Source of the DNA: an uncultured Actinomycetota bacterium | GTDB taxonomy: Bacteria; Actinomycetota; Thermoleophilia; RBG-16-64-13 | Direction of reading: 5' to 3' | DNA: 64,000 nt | Assembly (NCBI GenBank): GCA_963803925.1 | Contig: CAWDOM010000013.1 | Coordinates: 3,065-67,064, forward strand | In this document: one piece after another, positions 54,862 through 64,000 of the stretch | Position numbering within the stretch: the stretch's first letter is position 1 | How the letters are laid out: each line of letters opens with the position of its first letter | Position numbers and translations under genes: made by a program | Notes under the pieces: model-generated | Told to the model about the DNA's origin: nothing | Database searches by the model: none | What the model saw: only the letters and a program-made list of their open reading frames with translations

Positions 54862-56070
54862 CTACAGTGACTTCGCGACGTGGGCGGTGAGCTCGCCCAG
54901 GCGGTAGGTGTAGCTACCGAGCTCGTTGTCGTACCAGCCGAAGATCTTGACGTGGGTGAGCGGGACCCTGTGCTCCCTGCCTTCGAGAGTCAAATCGACG
55001 AAGCCGGTGCGGGTGTGGGTCTCGGCCGCTTCGATAACCACCGCGGCATCCTCGCCGAGTATGTCGGCCGACACGTTCTGCTGCTCTGTGTACTTCACCA
55101 GTCCGCGAGCTTCGCCTTCGGCGGCCTCTCTGTAGATGGCGTTGATGTCGTCGCGGTCGATGGAGACCACGCCATCGGGCGAGGTCTCGCTCTGGAAGGT
55201 CACGTTGAGGATGATGAGGCTCACGCTCGACGTGGGGATACGCACCGAGTCGGCCATGAAGCCTATGCGGGCGATTTCGGGCATGACTTTCTCGAGCGCG
55301 CTCGCGGCGCCGGTGGAGTAGATCACTACATTGCCCAGGGCGCCGCGCTTCTTGCGCATGTCTTTCTCGCCGGCGGCGGGTACCGCGTCGAGCAGCGGCT
55401 GGCTGTTCGTGCCTGCATGGATGGTGCTCATGCCGGCGGTGATCATGTTGCGGGTGAGGTCGCGGTTCAGGAGCGGACGCATCATGTGGGCGAGACCGGT
55501 GGTGGTGCACGACGCAGCCGAGACGACCCTGTGCTTCGCCGGGTCGAAATCTGTGTGGTTGATGCCGCTGATGAGCATGACCGCATCGTCGGGTTGTGGC
55601 AGGCCCTTGGTCTTGCTCTTGAAGGGGGCGCTGATCAGCACCGTGCGGGCACCGGCCGCCAAGTGACCGCGAACAGATCCCTTGGGATCGTCGGCCGGGG
55701 GGTGCGGGTCTTTGAACTTGCCGGTGCAGTCGACAACCAGGCTGATGCCGTTCTCGCGCCAGGGGATGTCCTTGGGATTGCGCATCTCTCGCAAGAACAG
55801 GATTTCTTTGCCCTGGAGTCTTACGAGTCCCGCGGCCTCATCGAGCACCTGGCAGTCGGGATGGCCGTGGCAGCCCGAGAGGTAGCGATGTAGTGCGCCA
55901 TAGGTGCTGTCCTTGGCGAGGTATTCCACGATGGACTGAAGCGACGTTCCAACCGGCCGGCCAACGTTGACCACGAAGCGGTCGAAATCGTCGTGGGCGA
56001 GGTGGTACCAGAGCGTAAGCTTGCCGATCCTCCCCAGCCCGTTGATGCCCAGCGTTCTCGGAGCACTCAT
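54862..56070 (-). CDS. Glyceraldehyde-3-phosphate-dehydrogenase-family protein, long form (402 aa)
   Basis: INGLGRIGK (Rossmann), SAASCTTTG (catalytic Cys context) and WYDNELGY-like GWYDNELGSY are present. Confidence 0.8.
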   Translation of the reverse strand: MSAPRTLGINGLGRIGKLTLWYHLAHDDFDRFVVNVGRPVGTSLQSIVEYLAKDSTYGALHRYLSGCHGHPDCQVLDEAAGLVRLQGKEILFLREMRNPKDIPWRENGISLVVDCTGKFKDPHPPADDPKGSVRGHLAAGARTVLISAPFKSKTKGLPQPDDAVMLISGINHTDFDPAKHRVVSAASCTTTGLAHMMRPLLNRDLTRNMITAGMSTIHAGTNSQPLLDAVPAAGEKDMRKKRGALGNVVIYSTGAASALEKVMPEIARIGFMADSVRIPTSSVSLIILNVTFQSETSPDGVVSIDRDDINAIYREAAEGEARGLVKYTEQQNVSADILGEDAAVVIEAAETHTRTGFVDLTLEGREHRVPLTHVKIFGWYDNELGSYTYRLGELTAHVAKSL

Positions 56071-56208
56071 CAGTCGTTCCCTTTCTACTTGGACCTTTCA
56101 CCCGTTTCGGAATGGCGTTTCTGACGGAACGAGGGCGGCCGCGCTGAATCCATCCAGTCGCAGCCCGTCGTCACTACGCCCTTTCGGAACGGGCTCTTTC
56201 TATGCCTA

Positions 56209-59200
56209 TCATCCCACCGCCAAGTGGGATATCTCAGCCAATAGGGGCACAGCGCCCACGAAGATGTGGCCGGTCCGTCCGTCGATCGACAGCCAATCAC
56301 CCGCCTTCAACTCCACTCCGGCGAGGCGCGCGATGCCCTGGTGCTCGAGCACCTCGAGGCCACGGCAGTCGACCACCGCGGTCTTGCCGAGGCGTTTCGC
56401 CGTGACCGCCGCGTGTGAAGTGGCCCCGCCACGGGCGGTCAGCAACCCCGCGACGCGGGTGATCATGGCGATGTCCTCGGGCACGGTGTCGGGGCGCAGC
56501 AACACGATGCTCTCGTGAGCCGAAACGGCGAGGAGGGCCTCGATCTGCTGCATGTTGATGGCGACCCGGCCCGAGAAGGCGCCGCCCGATACCCCCATGC
56601 CTACGCCGACAGGAGCCCCGAACCGCGGGGACGCGGGGTCGAAGAACGGAGCCTTGTCTCGTTGCTCATGCACCATCGCCCGCTTCTGGAGGATGTAGAC
56701 ATCCTTGCCCGAGGCCGACTCGAAGGTGAACTCGATTTCTTGAGGATCGTACTCTCGTTTGCCGACCAGATCGCGAGCCACTTCGTACAGGGCGCGGTAA
56801 ACGTCGGGGTAGTCTTTCTCCAAAGAATGCTCGAGCCCTCGGTAGGTGGGGCTGCCGAGCCGCTGGGCTTCAGAGATAGGCCATGGATACACGAGTCCGC
56901 CCACCAGGTCCTCGCCCTGGCTGCGCACGGTGAAGTCCCCGAACAGCCTGACCTGGCTGCTGTAGGGCTCGAGCGGGTTGCGCGTGAACGTGACCCCCGA
57001 ACCCGACTCCCGACTGAGGTTGCCGAAGACCATGCGCTGCACCACCACGGCGGTGCCCCATTCGGCGGCGACGCCCAGGTAGCGGCGGTAGAGCTTGGCT
57101 TCGTCGGCATCCCAGGAGTCGAGCACCTTGCGCACACAAGCGACTATCTGGCGGAAGGGGTCGTCGATGAAGCGCACCCCTTGCTGGCGCGCCCGGACCT
57201 TGTAGGCGAGCGCCAATTCTCGCATGACCCCCGGTGGGAAATCCAGCTTGCGCTCTATGCCGTAGCGCGCCTTGAATTCAGTCATGATCGCGTCGAAGAA
57301 GTCGCGCTCGATGCCCGACGACATAGCCCAAGACTGCAAGAAGCGCCGGTATGAGTCCCAGGCCGCCCACTCGAAGCCCGGCTTGCGCGACAGCGACTCG
57401 GCGAGTCGGTCGTTGAGGCCCACGTCGACAAAGGTGGCCATGAGGCCCGGCATGGAGATGGCGGCGCCCGACCGTACCGACATGGTGAGGAGCCGCTTTG
57501 TGTCGCCAAGGTAGAGGCCGGTCTCCTTCTGTAGGTGGGCGACGGCCTTGCGGATGCGCTCGAGGGTATCGTCGTAGAGCGGTTTGTAAGCCATGGCGGG
57601 CAGTGAACTGAACAGCTCCGTCGAGAGGATGAAGCCGTGCGGTACCTGGTGGCCGTAGAGGGCCATCTGTTTGAGACCGAGACCTTTGAAGCCGAGGGTC
57701 ATCTGGTCGTCCACCCCGGGCCGGGCCTGGTGGATCGGCGACACAAGGCGCTCGGGGTCGTAGTTCATCATGCGGGTGAGGGCGTGGTTGCTGAGCCGGC
57801 CCGTGAGGGTGGATATCTGGCGGAGCATGGCCGACACGTACCGGTCGAGGGCCTGCATGCCGAGGGCCGAGACCAGCACCTCACGCAGGACCATCTCGGC
57901 GACGGCGTCGAGCGACATGCACCGAACCTCACACTGTCGCGGATCGTGTTCGAGCACGGTGTGCAACACCTGGTCGTGGCTCAAGATCGAGTTGCGGCTG
58001 AGTTCGGTCACCGAGCCTACGATGAACTGGAAGACGTTGCGGTACTGGTGGAAGGTGAAGTTGTGACTGCCGAAGCCCGACTCGAGCAGGCGTAGGTTGG
58101 CGGCCAGGCTCCGCGAGTCTACGCCGTCCGTGCCGAGCGCTCGTTCGAAGCGGCGGATCGCAGCTGCCATGCGCCGCAATGAATCACGAGTGACGTAGGA
58201 GTCGGCCCCGTGCGCGACCAGATCATCGAGCAGACGGGCCACGAGGTTCTCCACCCTGAAAGACAGACCCAGCGCATCGAACTTGGGCTCCGTGTACGTG
58301 CCGTACATGGAGGGGATGCCGGCCGCGATGTGACGTTTCTGGTAGATGTTCTCGACCGCCGTCGAGGGCCCCGGACCGAGGATGATAGTCTGCAACTCCT
58401 CGAGGATGGTCAGGGCGATATCGAGCAAGTGATCGCGGGAGTTGGAGTCAGGCTCCTTCTGCCAGGCTGTCAGGGCCTTGGCGAAGCGGGCCCGGGTCGC
58501 GGCCTCAAGGCGCAGATGCCCGGCGACCGCTGTTCCGACGCCGTCGGCCGAAAGTGAATACTTCTGAGTGAGTAGCTGGCGGGTGCGAACCATGAGGGCC
58601 ACCCGCCGGTGGCCCCGGGGCTGGCCGTTGCCTGCGGCGGCGCCGGGCAACTCCGCGAGCAGGTCCTCGAGCTGCTGAGGCGACATCTTCGAAAGCCTCT
58701 CGAGAAGCATGGCGATCGCTTCGGGCGACAGCGGTTGCGTTTCGCTCTCCTGAGCCGCCTCAGAAGCCTGCTCGTTCGTAGCCTCGGGCGCCTCGCGTTC
58801 GATCAGGCGGTCCCAGAGGGCGAGGAGAACGTCGTGGGGCTCTTCGGCCCAATCCCGCTCCCTGCTCACGGCGGCAAGGGTGTTTGGCGACAGATACGCC
58901 TGCAAGCCTCGGATGTCGAGGGTCACCCAGTACGTCAGCACCGCCGTCGAGAAGTCGATGAGTCGGTTCGACGACTCCGCGTGCGATTGCTTGCGGATGA
59001 AATGCATCAAGGTGTCGTGCCGCTGGCATATCTCGTCGAGTTCGGTCGAGACCGAGCGCAGCTCGCCTTCGGCGCCCACGTCGTTGAAGTACACAGGGAA
59101 CGCTCGCAGGAGCTGCTTCGCGACGAAGTAGATGGGTTTGATGTCGGCGTTCAGAAAGCGGGTGACGTCGCGCTGGAAGAGATCAGTGTCGGCGATGTAG

Positions 59201-60450
59201 ACGCCGCCTAGGCGCAGTTGCACGTTGAGCGCCGCCGCCAGCCGTTCATAGAGCGCCGGGTTCGACTCGATGATGTGCATCCAGCAGCGGATCTTGGGCA
59301 GGTGAAAGGGATTGACCACCGTCTCCCACTCATCGGTGGCCCCCTGGATCTCGGGATACTGGAACTTCCACGACAACACGTCTTCGATGAGATGGTCGGC
59401 CGCCGGCACGTTGCCCGCTTCGCCTATAGCCACCCCGATAGCCTCGTAGCACAAGAAGCGCATCAAGAGGAAGGTGTTGTCACGGGCGCGGAAGAAGCGG
59501 GTCAGACGGCTCAGGATGCGATCGACGTCCATGCGTTTCTCAGGCTTCATCAAGAGGCGGACGACGTTCAGCAGGTCGCCCATGACCTCGTTCTGACGGT
59601 AGCCGAGAGTGTCGTCCTTTAGGAAGTAGATGCAGATCGCAAAGCGGTCTTCGAGGTTGTCGATCCTGAAGACGCGGTCGATCGCGGTGTCGAGCGTGGC
59701 CGAGAAGGTGGGCAGCGCGAGCAGACCGGCGGTCGAGGCCTCCACGGCTCTGTCGATCAGCTCCGACACCGGTTCGGTGCCTAGATCGGAGAAGTGGGTG
59801 GCGACGATCTCCCTATCGGTGAGTTCCGCCTCTTCCGACATGGCCCACTCAGGGATGGGCAGGCGCTGCCGCACCCGGTGGTAGCCAAGCAGGAGCAGCG
59901 ACCGGTAGAGCTCGGTAAGGGCGGGTTCTAGCGCGGGTCGCCCGACCGCGGTCCTTGCCAGGCCGTGCAGCAGAGCGTCGCGCTCGAGGAAGGCGAGGGG
60001 CTGTCTGGGGACGAGGCGGGCGAGGCATTCCGCGATGCCAAGCAGCGGCTCGTCGTACTCGGCGCCGTACTGCCCGTTCAAGGCCGTGGTCGACCAGGTC
60101 AGCAACTGGCGGAGCAGCAAAGAGGCCTGTTGCGTCGTGAGCGACGTGTCGAGCAGGTCGAGCACCAACTCCGACAGGAGCGTGAAGCATTCGACGCGGT
60201 TCTCGGCGCGTTCGAAGTAGCTCCAGTTGCGCAGAAGGATGGTCTGGAAGCCGTCGACCAGTAGGTCGACGTTGCGGCGGCTGTGGAAGTACTCGGTGAG
60301 GGTGTCGCTCAGGGGTCTCTTCACGCCGTGGTAGCCGGCCACCGCGGCAAGGAGCGGTTCGTAGCGCTCCGGGATGATGATCGATTCGGGGATGGGCGGC
60401 ATGTTCGCCCGGAGGGCGTCCGAATCGAGAGGGATCTCCAAGGGGTCCAT
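56209..60450 (-). CDS. 1413-aa dikinase-like protein: unknown ~830-aa N-terminal region + PPDK_N ATP-grasp + PEP-utilizer mobile His domain, with no TIM-barrel domain
   Basis: SVRSGAAISMPGLMATFVDVGLND, DSYRRF, GTAVVVQRMVFGN, QGEDLVGG and RGGATSHAAVTAKRLGKTAVV are present. The true start is ATG 60450 (TGATG overlap with the upstream gene). The tracked 1717-aa ORF is over-extended. Confidence 0.75.
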   Translation of the reverse strand: MDPLEIPLDSDALRANMPPIPESIIIPERYEPLLAAVAGYHGVKRPLSDTLTEYFHSRRNVDLLVDGFQTILLRNWSYFERAENRVECFTLLSELVLDLLDTSLTTQQASLLLRQLLTWSTTALNGQYGAEYDEPLLGIAECLARLVPRQPLAFLERDALLHGLARTAVGRPALEPALTELYRSLLLLGYHRVRQRLPIPEWAMSEEAELTDREIVATHFSDLGTEPVSELIDRAVEASTAGLLALPTFSATLDTAIDRVFRIDNLEDRFAICIYFLKDDTLGYRQNEVMGDLLNVVRLLMKPEKRMDVDRILSRLTRFFRARDNTFLLMRFLCYEAIGVAIGEAGNVPAADHLIEDVLSWKFQYPEIQGATDEWETVVNPFHLPKIRCWMHIIESNPALYERLAAALNVQLRLGGVYIADTDLFQRDVTRFLNADIKPIYFVAKQLLRAFPVYFNDVGAEGELRSVSTELDEICQRHDTLMHFIRKQSHAESSNRLIDFSTAVLTYWVTLDIRGLQAYLSPNTLAAVSRERDWAEEPHDVLLALWDRLIEREAPEATNEQASEAAQESETQPLSPEAIAMLLERLSKMSPQQLEDLLAELPGAAAGNGQPRGHRRVALMVRTRQLLTQKYSLSADGVGTAVAGHLRLEAATRARFAKALTAWQKEPDSNSRDHLLDIALTILEELQTIILGPGPSTAVENIYQKRHIAAGIPSMYGTYTEPKFDALGLSFRVENLVARLLDDLVAHGADSYVTRDSLRRMAAAIRRFERALGTDGVDSRSLAANLRLLESGFGSHNFTFHQYRNVFQFIVGSVTELSRNSILSHDQVLHTVLEHDPRQCEVRCMSLDAVAEMVLREVLVSALGMQALDRYVSAMLRQISTLTGRLSNHALTRMMNYDPERLVSPIHQARPGVDDQMTLGFKGLGLKQMALYGHQVPHGFILSTELFSSLPAMAYKPLYDDTLERIRKAVAHLQKETGLYLGDTKRLLTMSVRSGAAISMPGLMATFVDVGLNDRLAESLSRKPGFEWAAWDSYRRFLQSWAMSSGIERDFFDAIMTEFKARYGIERKLDFPPGVMRELALAYKVRARQQGVRFIDDPFRQIVACVRKVLDSWDADEAKLYRRYLGVAAEWGTAVVVQRMVFGNLSRESGSGVTFTRNPLEPYSSQVRLFGDFTVRSQGEDLVGGLVYPWPISEAQRLGSPTYRGLEHSLEKDYPDVYRALYEVARDLVGKREYDPQEIEFTFESASGKDVYILQKRAMVHEQRDKAPFFDPASPRFGAPVGVGMGVSGGAFSGRVAINMQQIEALLAVSAHESIVLLRPDTVPEDIAMITRVAGLLTARGGATSHAAVTAKRLGKTAVVDCRGLEVLEHQGIARLAGVELKAGDWLSIDGRTGHIFVGAVPLLAEISHLAVG

Positions 60451-61769
60451 CAGGCCTCGTTCTCGCCGCGCTCGGTCACCCGCGTCTCTTCGAACCCACC
60501 CTCCTTCGTGGATTGTTCGAGGGGTGTCAGGAGCACGCGGCAGATGCGCATGCCGTCGACCTCGAGCACGCGCGCGCGGAAATTGCCGATCTGAGCCTCG
60601 TCGCCGACGCGGGGTCTGCGCTGCAACTGCTCGAACACCCGCCCACCAAGAGTGGGAAAGCCTTCCTCGGGCACCTCGAGCCCGAGAGCCTCTTCGAGCT
60701 CGTCGACGCGCGCGGCGCCGTCGACCGAGTAGCCGCCGTTCTCCTGGGGCTCGATGAGGGGACCTTCGGAGTCGAACTCGTCTTGCATCTCGCCGATGAG
60801 TTCCTCGACGACGTCCTGGATGGTGACGATGCCGGCCGTGCCGCCGTGCTCGTCGACCACGATGGCGAGCGGGGTGCGCGTGCTCTGGAACCGCTGCAGC
60901 GCCACCTCGACGTTCGAGGTCTCGGCAATGAAGCCCACGGGGCGCAGCAACCGGCGGAGCGTGTTGCTGCGCGGCGCCCGATACAGGTCTTTCACGTGAA
61001 TGTACCCGAGAATGTTGTCGACGTCTTCTTCGTAGACCGGGTAGCGAGTGTGGTTGGTCTCGGCCACCTCGTCGATAGCCTGCGCCACGGTGTACGAGGT
61101 GGGCAGGGCAGCCATCTCTGTGCGCGGCACCATGATGTCGGTGACCGTTTGGTCGCCGAACGTCAAAGCCCGGCGCATGAGGGTCTGCTCGACCTCGTCG
61201 ATGTGCCCGACTTCCTGGCTCGCCTCGATGATCATGCGCAGCTCTTCCTCGGAATGGGCAAGCTCGCGCTCGGAAGCCGGTTGGATGTGGAAAAGGCTGA
61301 GCAGCCCGGTCGCTGAGATGTACATGAGCCAGGTGATAGGCCGGGTGACGAGGTAGAACCAACGGAGCGGTAGCGAGATCAGCATCGTCGACTTCTCCGC
61401 CTTGCGGATAGCCACCGACTTGGGCACCAACTCGCCGAAGATGATGGTGACGAAGGTCACGAAGACGAACGCCAGCACCGCCGCCGCGGTCTGGTTCATG
61501 GCGAGTCCGAAGATCCTCGAGAAGGCCGAGGCGCCGAGCCAGCCGAGGCCCAGGCTGGCGAGGGTGACACCCAACTGAGTCGCCGAGAGATATGCGTCGA
61601 GGTTCCCGATGATGTGCTCGGCTACTCGTGCCCAGCGTTTGCCTTCGGCGGCCAACTCGGCCACACGCGTATCGCGGATCTTGACGATCGCGAATTCGGC
61701 GATTACGAAGAACGCGTTCACCACCACGAGAAGGACGACGCCGATGACTTCGAGCGCTGTGGTGTTCAT
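60450..61769 (-). CDS. CNNM/DUF21 + CBS pair + CorC_HlyC hemolysin-family transporter-associated protein
   Basis: N-terminal 4 TM helices, CBS pair (DIMVPRTEM...), and C-terminal CorC domain. Confidence 0.85.
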   Translation of the reverse strand: MNTTALEVIGVVLLVVVNAFFVIAEFAIVKIRDTRVAELAAEGKRWARVAEHIIGNLDAYLSATQLGVTLASLGLGWLGASAFSRIFGLAMNQTAAAVLAFVFVTFVTIIFGELVPKSVAIRKAEKSTMLISLPLRWFYLVTRPITWLMYISATGLLSLFHIQPASERELAHSEEELRMIIEASQEVGHIDEVEQTLMRRALTFGDQTVTDIMVPRTEMAALPTSYTVAQAIDEVAETNHTRYPVYEEDVDNILGYIHVKDLYRAPRSNTLRRLLRPVGFIAETSNVEVALQRFQSTRTPLAIVVDEHGGTAGIVTIQDVVEELIGEMQDEFDSEGPLIEPQENGGYSVDGAARVDELEEALGLEVPEEGFPTLGGRVFEQLQRRPRVGDEAQIGNFRARVLEVDGMRICRVLLTPLEQSTKEGGFEETRVTERGENEA

Positions 61770-61911
61770 CGCGAGCCTACCCGGGGGTTAAGGTGCCGGG
61801 CGCAGCGTCTGAGGGGACTGTTGGGCGTATCCATTTTGCTATATGTCAGCATAGCATAAGGAGGCCGTCCGACCGGCCTGAGACCGCGTGGGGGCAGAGC
61901 GTCGCAGGTTC

Positions 61912-62874
61912 TCAGCGCCGGCGGGCTGAGGCTTCGAGCACCGGCTCGAGGTGCGTCCAGGCTTCGGAAGCCGTCTCGACGTACTTGAAGATGTCGAGGT
62001 CGCCCGGATTTATGACACCCTCCTCGACCAAGGCCGGGAAGTTGATGATGCGCTGCCAGTAGTCCCGGCCGAAAAGTAGCACCGGCATCGGCTTGATCTT
62101 GCCCGTCTGGATGAGGGTGAGCACCTCGAACAGCTCGTCCATGGTGCCGAATCCGCCCGGGAACACGACCAAGGCCACCGCGCGCAGCAGGAAATGCAGT
62201 TTGCGCAGGGCGAAGTAGTGAAAGTTGAAGCAGAGGTAGGGGGTGATGTACTGGTTGGGCCTCTGCTCGAACGGCAGAACGATGTTCAGCCCGACGCTCT
62301 CAGCCCCCGCGTCGGCCGCTCCCCTGTTGGCGGCCTCCATGATGCCCGGGCCGCCGCCCGTGACCACCACCACGCCATAGCGACCGTGCGGATATGTCGA
62401 CGGCCCTTCCTCGGTTCGGCACTCGTCGCCTCCCGATATCATCCCGGCCAGGAGGCGCGCTTCGTCGTAGAAGCGGCTCTTCTCGACGAGCGACCGCACG
62501 GATCGCTCGCGCTGTTCTGCCCGGGCGTCGCCGGGGTTCTCGGCGAGCCCGCGCATTGCCTCCTCGAGCGCCAGGCCGGCATCTTCGGGAGAGGGGATGC
62601 GGGCGCTGCCGAACATCACGATCGTTGAGGAGATGCCCCGGTCGCGCTGGAGGACCTCGGGCTTGAGAAACTCGAGCTGCAGTCGCGAGGCCCGCAACTC
62701 GTCACGCATCATGAAGTCGAGATCAGCGTAGCCCAGGCGGTAGGCCGGAGACTCGGTCTGGAGAGTGTCAGCGTCGAGTCCGGCGTGACGCTGGTCGTCG
62801 GCCGCCGTCGGAAAAAAGCGGTCTTCGCCGCCTTGCTCTCCGTTGGTTCTCCGGTCTGACGGTGAGTCGCTCAT
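61912..62874 (-). CDS. LOG-family (TIGR00730-type) protein with an N-terminal extension
   Basis: VVTGGGPGIMEAANRGA and FPGGFGTMDELFE are present. Confidence 0.85.
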   Translation of the reverse strand: MSDSPSDRRTNGEQGGEDRFFPTAADDQRHAGLDADTLQTESPAYRLGYADLDFMMRDELRASRLQLEFLKPEVLQRDRGISSTIVMFGSARIPSPEDAGLALEEAMRGLAENPGDARAEQRERSVRSLVEKSRFYDEARLLAGMISGGDECRTEEGPSTYPHGRYGVVVVTGGGPGIMEAANRGAADAGAESVGLNIVLPFEQRPNQYITPYLCFNFHYFALRKLHFLLRAVALVVFPGGFGTMDELFEVLTLIQTGKIKPMPVLLFGRDYWQRIINFPALVEEGVINPGDLDIFKYVETASEAWTHLEPVLEASARRR

Positions 62875-62882
62875 GCGCTTCC

Positions 62883-64000
62883 CTATTTGGCGTCTTCTCC
62901 ACGCAGGTCGAGCACACGCTGGGCCTTGCCCTCGCTCCGCTCGATGCCGCCCGGTTCCTTGAACGCCACGTTCACGTTGATGCCGATGATGTCTTTGACG
63001 TTCTTCTGGATGTTGCTCTTCAATCTGAGCAGGCTCTCGTGCTCGGCGATGGTGGTGACATCGTCCATGGAGAGGATGGCCTCCGAAACCTCATGGTAGA
63101 GGGCGGGTGAGATCTCCACCTGGACCTCCATGTTGTCCATGGCGCCCTTGCGGGTGACGATCAACTTGTAGTGCGGCTCGACCTGGGGCGACATGAGCAG
63201 CACCGACTCCACCTGGCTGGGGAAGACGTTCACGCCGCGGATGATGAGCATGTCGTCGGTGCGGCCGTGGATGCGGTCCATGCGGGTGTTTGTGCGACCG
63301 CAGATGCAGGGCTCAGTGGTGAGCCTGGTGATGTCTCCCGTGCGGTAGCGGATGAGCGGGAAGGCTTCCTTGGTGAGAGTGGTGATGACCAGTTCGCCTT
63401 GTTCGCCCTCGGGCAGCACTTCGCCGGTCTCGGGGTCGATGATCTCGGGCAAGAAGTGGTCGTCGTTCAGGTGTAGACCCGACTGGGCTTCGGCGCATTC
63501 GCACGACACACCCGGGCCGATGATCTCGGAGAGGCCATAGATGTCGCAGGCCTTGATGTTCCACTTGCGCTCGATGTCCTTGCGCATGGCCTCCGACCAG
63601 GGCTCGGCGCCGAAGACGCCCACCTTCAGAGGCAGCGCGGTGACGTCGATTCCGACTTGCTGGGCCACGTCCCACAGGTAGAGCGCGAAGCTGGGTGTGC
63701 AGCAGAGGACGGTGGTGCCGAAATCCTCCATGAGCATGAGCTGGCGCTGGGTGTTGCTGCCCGAGATGGGGATTACCGCCGCGCCGATTGCCTCCGCCGC
63801 GTAGTGGGCCCCGAGGCCTCCGGTGAAGAGGCCGTATCCGTAGGCCACCTGGACGATGTCGTCCTGGGTGGTGCCGGCGCAGGCCAGCGCGCGCCCGCAG
63901 ACGTTCGCCCACATGGCGATGTCGTTCTTGGTGTAGCCCACGGTGGTGGGCTTGCCGGTAGTTCCGGACGAAGCGTGGATGCGCACCACTTCTTTCAGGG
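62883..64000 (-). CDS. paaK: Phenylacetate-CoA ligase (PaaK family), N-terminus beyond the window end
   Basis: [14 protein letters not shown], the YRTGDI-like [10 protein letters not shown] and the C-terminal ACT-like domain are present. Confidence 0.85.
   Translation of the reverse strand, partial: LKEVVRIHASSGTTGKPTTVGYTKNDIAMWANVCGRALACAGTTQDDIVQVAYGYGLFTGGLGAHYAAEAIGAAVIPISGSNTQRQLMLMEDFGTTVLCCTPSFALYLWDVAQQVGIDVTALPLKVGVFGAEPWSEAMRKDIERKWNIKACDIYGLSEIIGPGVSCECAEAQSGLHLNDDHFLPEIIDPETGEVLPEGEQGELVITTLTKEAFPLIRYRTGDITRLTTEPCICGRTNTRMDRIHGRTDDMLIIRGVNVFPSQVESVLLMSPQVEPHYKLIVTRKGAMDNMEVQVEISPALYHEVSEAILSMDDVTTIAEHESLLRLKSNIQKNVKDIIGINVNVAFKEPGGIERSEGKAQRVLDLRGEDAK

Noticed and set aside
60451-61362. 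N-terminal ~300 codons of the tracked 1717-aa ORF (56209-61362, minus)
   Set aside because: This part is Arg/Gly/His-rich nonsense lying out of frame over the well-supported CorC/CNNM gene (60450-61769). The dikinase-like gene has a clean ATG at 60450 overlapping the CorC stop.
4900-62874. Two LOG-family genes (ppnN fragment 4900-5710; LOG 61912-62874) as a possible duplication
   Set aside because: They belong to different subfamilies and to the two compositionally distinct parts of the window. The co-occurrence is coincidental.
1-64000. Search for rRNA, tRNA, CRISPR arrays, transposases, integrases, and phage or toxin-antitoxin modules
   Set aside because: None was recognised by eye in ORFs or intergenic gaps. 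tRNA and ncRNA detection by eye is unreliable, so tRNAscan-SE and Infernal should be run to confirm.

Overview
The window is a composite of two compositionally unrelated parts. Part 1 (1 to ~5710, roughly 48% GC by eye) looks gammaproteobacterial. It holds a minus-strand type IV pilus minor-pilin operon (fimU-pilV-pilW-pilX-pilY1) in which every gene carries frame or stop disruptions. It also holds an intact AlgZ/FimS-type LytS histidine kinase and the 3' two-thirds of a PpnN-type LOG-family nucleosidase. Part 2 (~5711 to 64000, roughly 65-70% GC, many GTG/TTG starts and ATGA/GTGA overlaps) looks Actinomycetota-like and anaerobic. Its genes, in order:
- fabD(5'-truncated)-fabG-fabF-accD-accA, an HNH nuclease, rarA and a 698-aa acidic Pro/Glu/Trp-repeat protein.
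- A YhaM-like nuclease, an LprG-like lipoprotein plus MFS pair, and DedA.
- An amino-acid ABC system with two tandem binding proteins, an orphan AmmeMemoRadiSam-type radical SAM enzyme and a 690-aa membrane-anchored protein.
- Two paralogous 3-subunit 2-oxoacid:ferredoxin oxidoreductase operons. They flank a pyrogallol-transhydroxylase-like Mo enzyme (large plus Fe-S subunit), an IclR regulator, a rhodanese, YihY and a small membrane protein.
- Two BcrA/BcrD-type ATPases, ferredoxin-like proteins and a metallophosphoesterase.
- A GAPDH-like gene, a 1413-aa PPDK-like dikinase lacking the TIM-barrel domain, CorC/CNNM, a LOG protein and PaaK (runs off the end).
The two parts meet at a razor-sharp junction (~5710) that truncates both ppnN and fabD. 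I read this as a contig join or assembly chimera, not biology.
The best candidate for a novel system is a compact RiPP-like cassette at 43.9-50.0 kb. It encodes an HprK-like P-loop protein, two PqqE-like radical SAM/SPASM enzymes, a PqqD homolog, an S26-peptidase/GNAT fusion and an NTP_transf_5 nucleotidyltransferase, with a divergent ABC exporter. It also contains an untracked 59-codon ORF (46077-46256) with its own promoter-like element and a GGAGG ribosome-binding site. That ORF has a PqqA-like W-x-K-P leader, three Cys and a C-terminal Ser.
A second structural novelty is a pair of exactly 160-nt intercistronic elements bounded by terminal inverted repeats (7270-7429 and 28321-28480). I found no rRNA, tRNA, CRISPR array, transposase or integrase.
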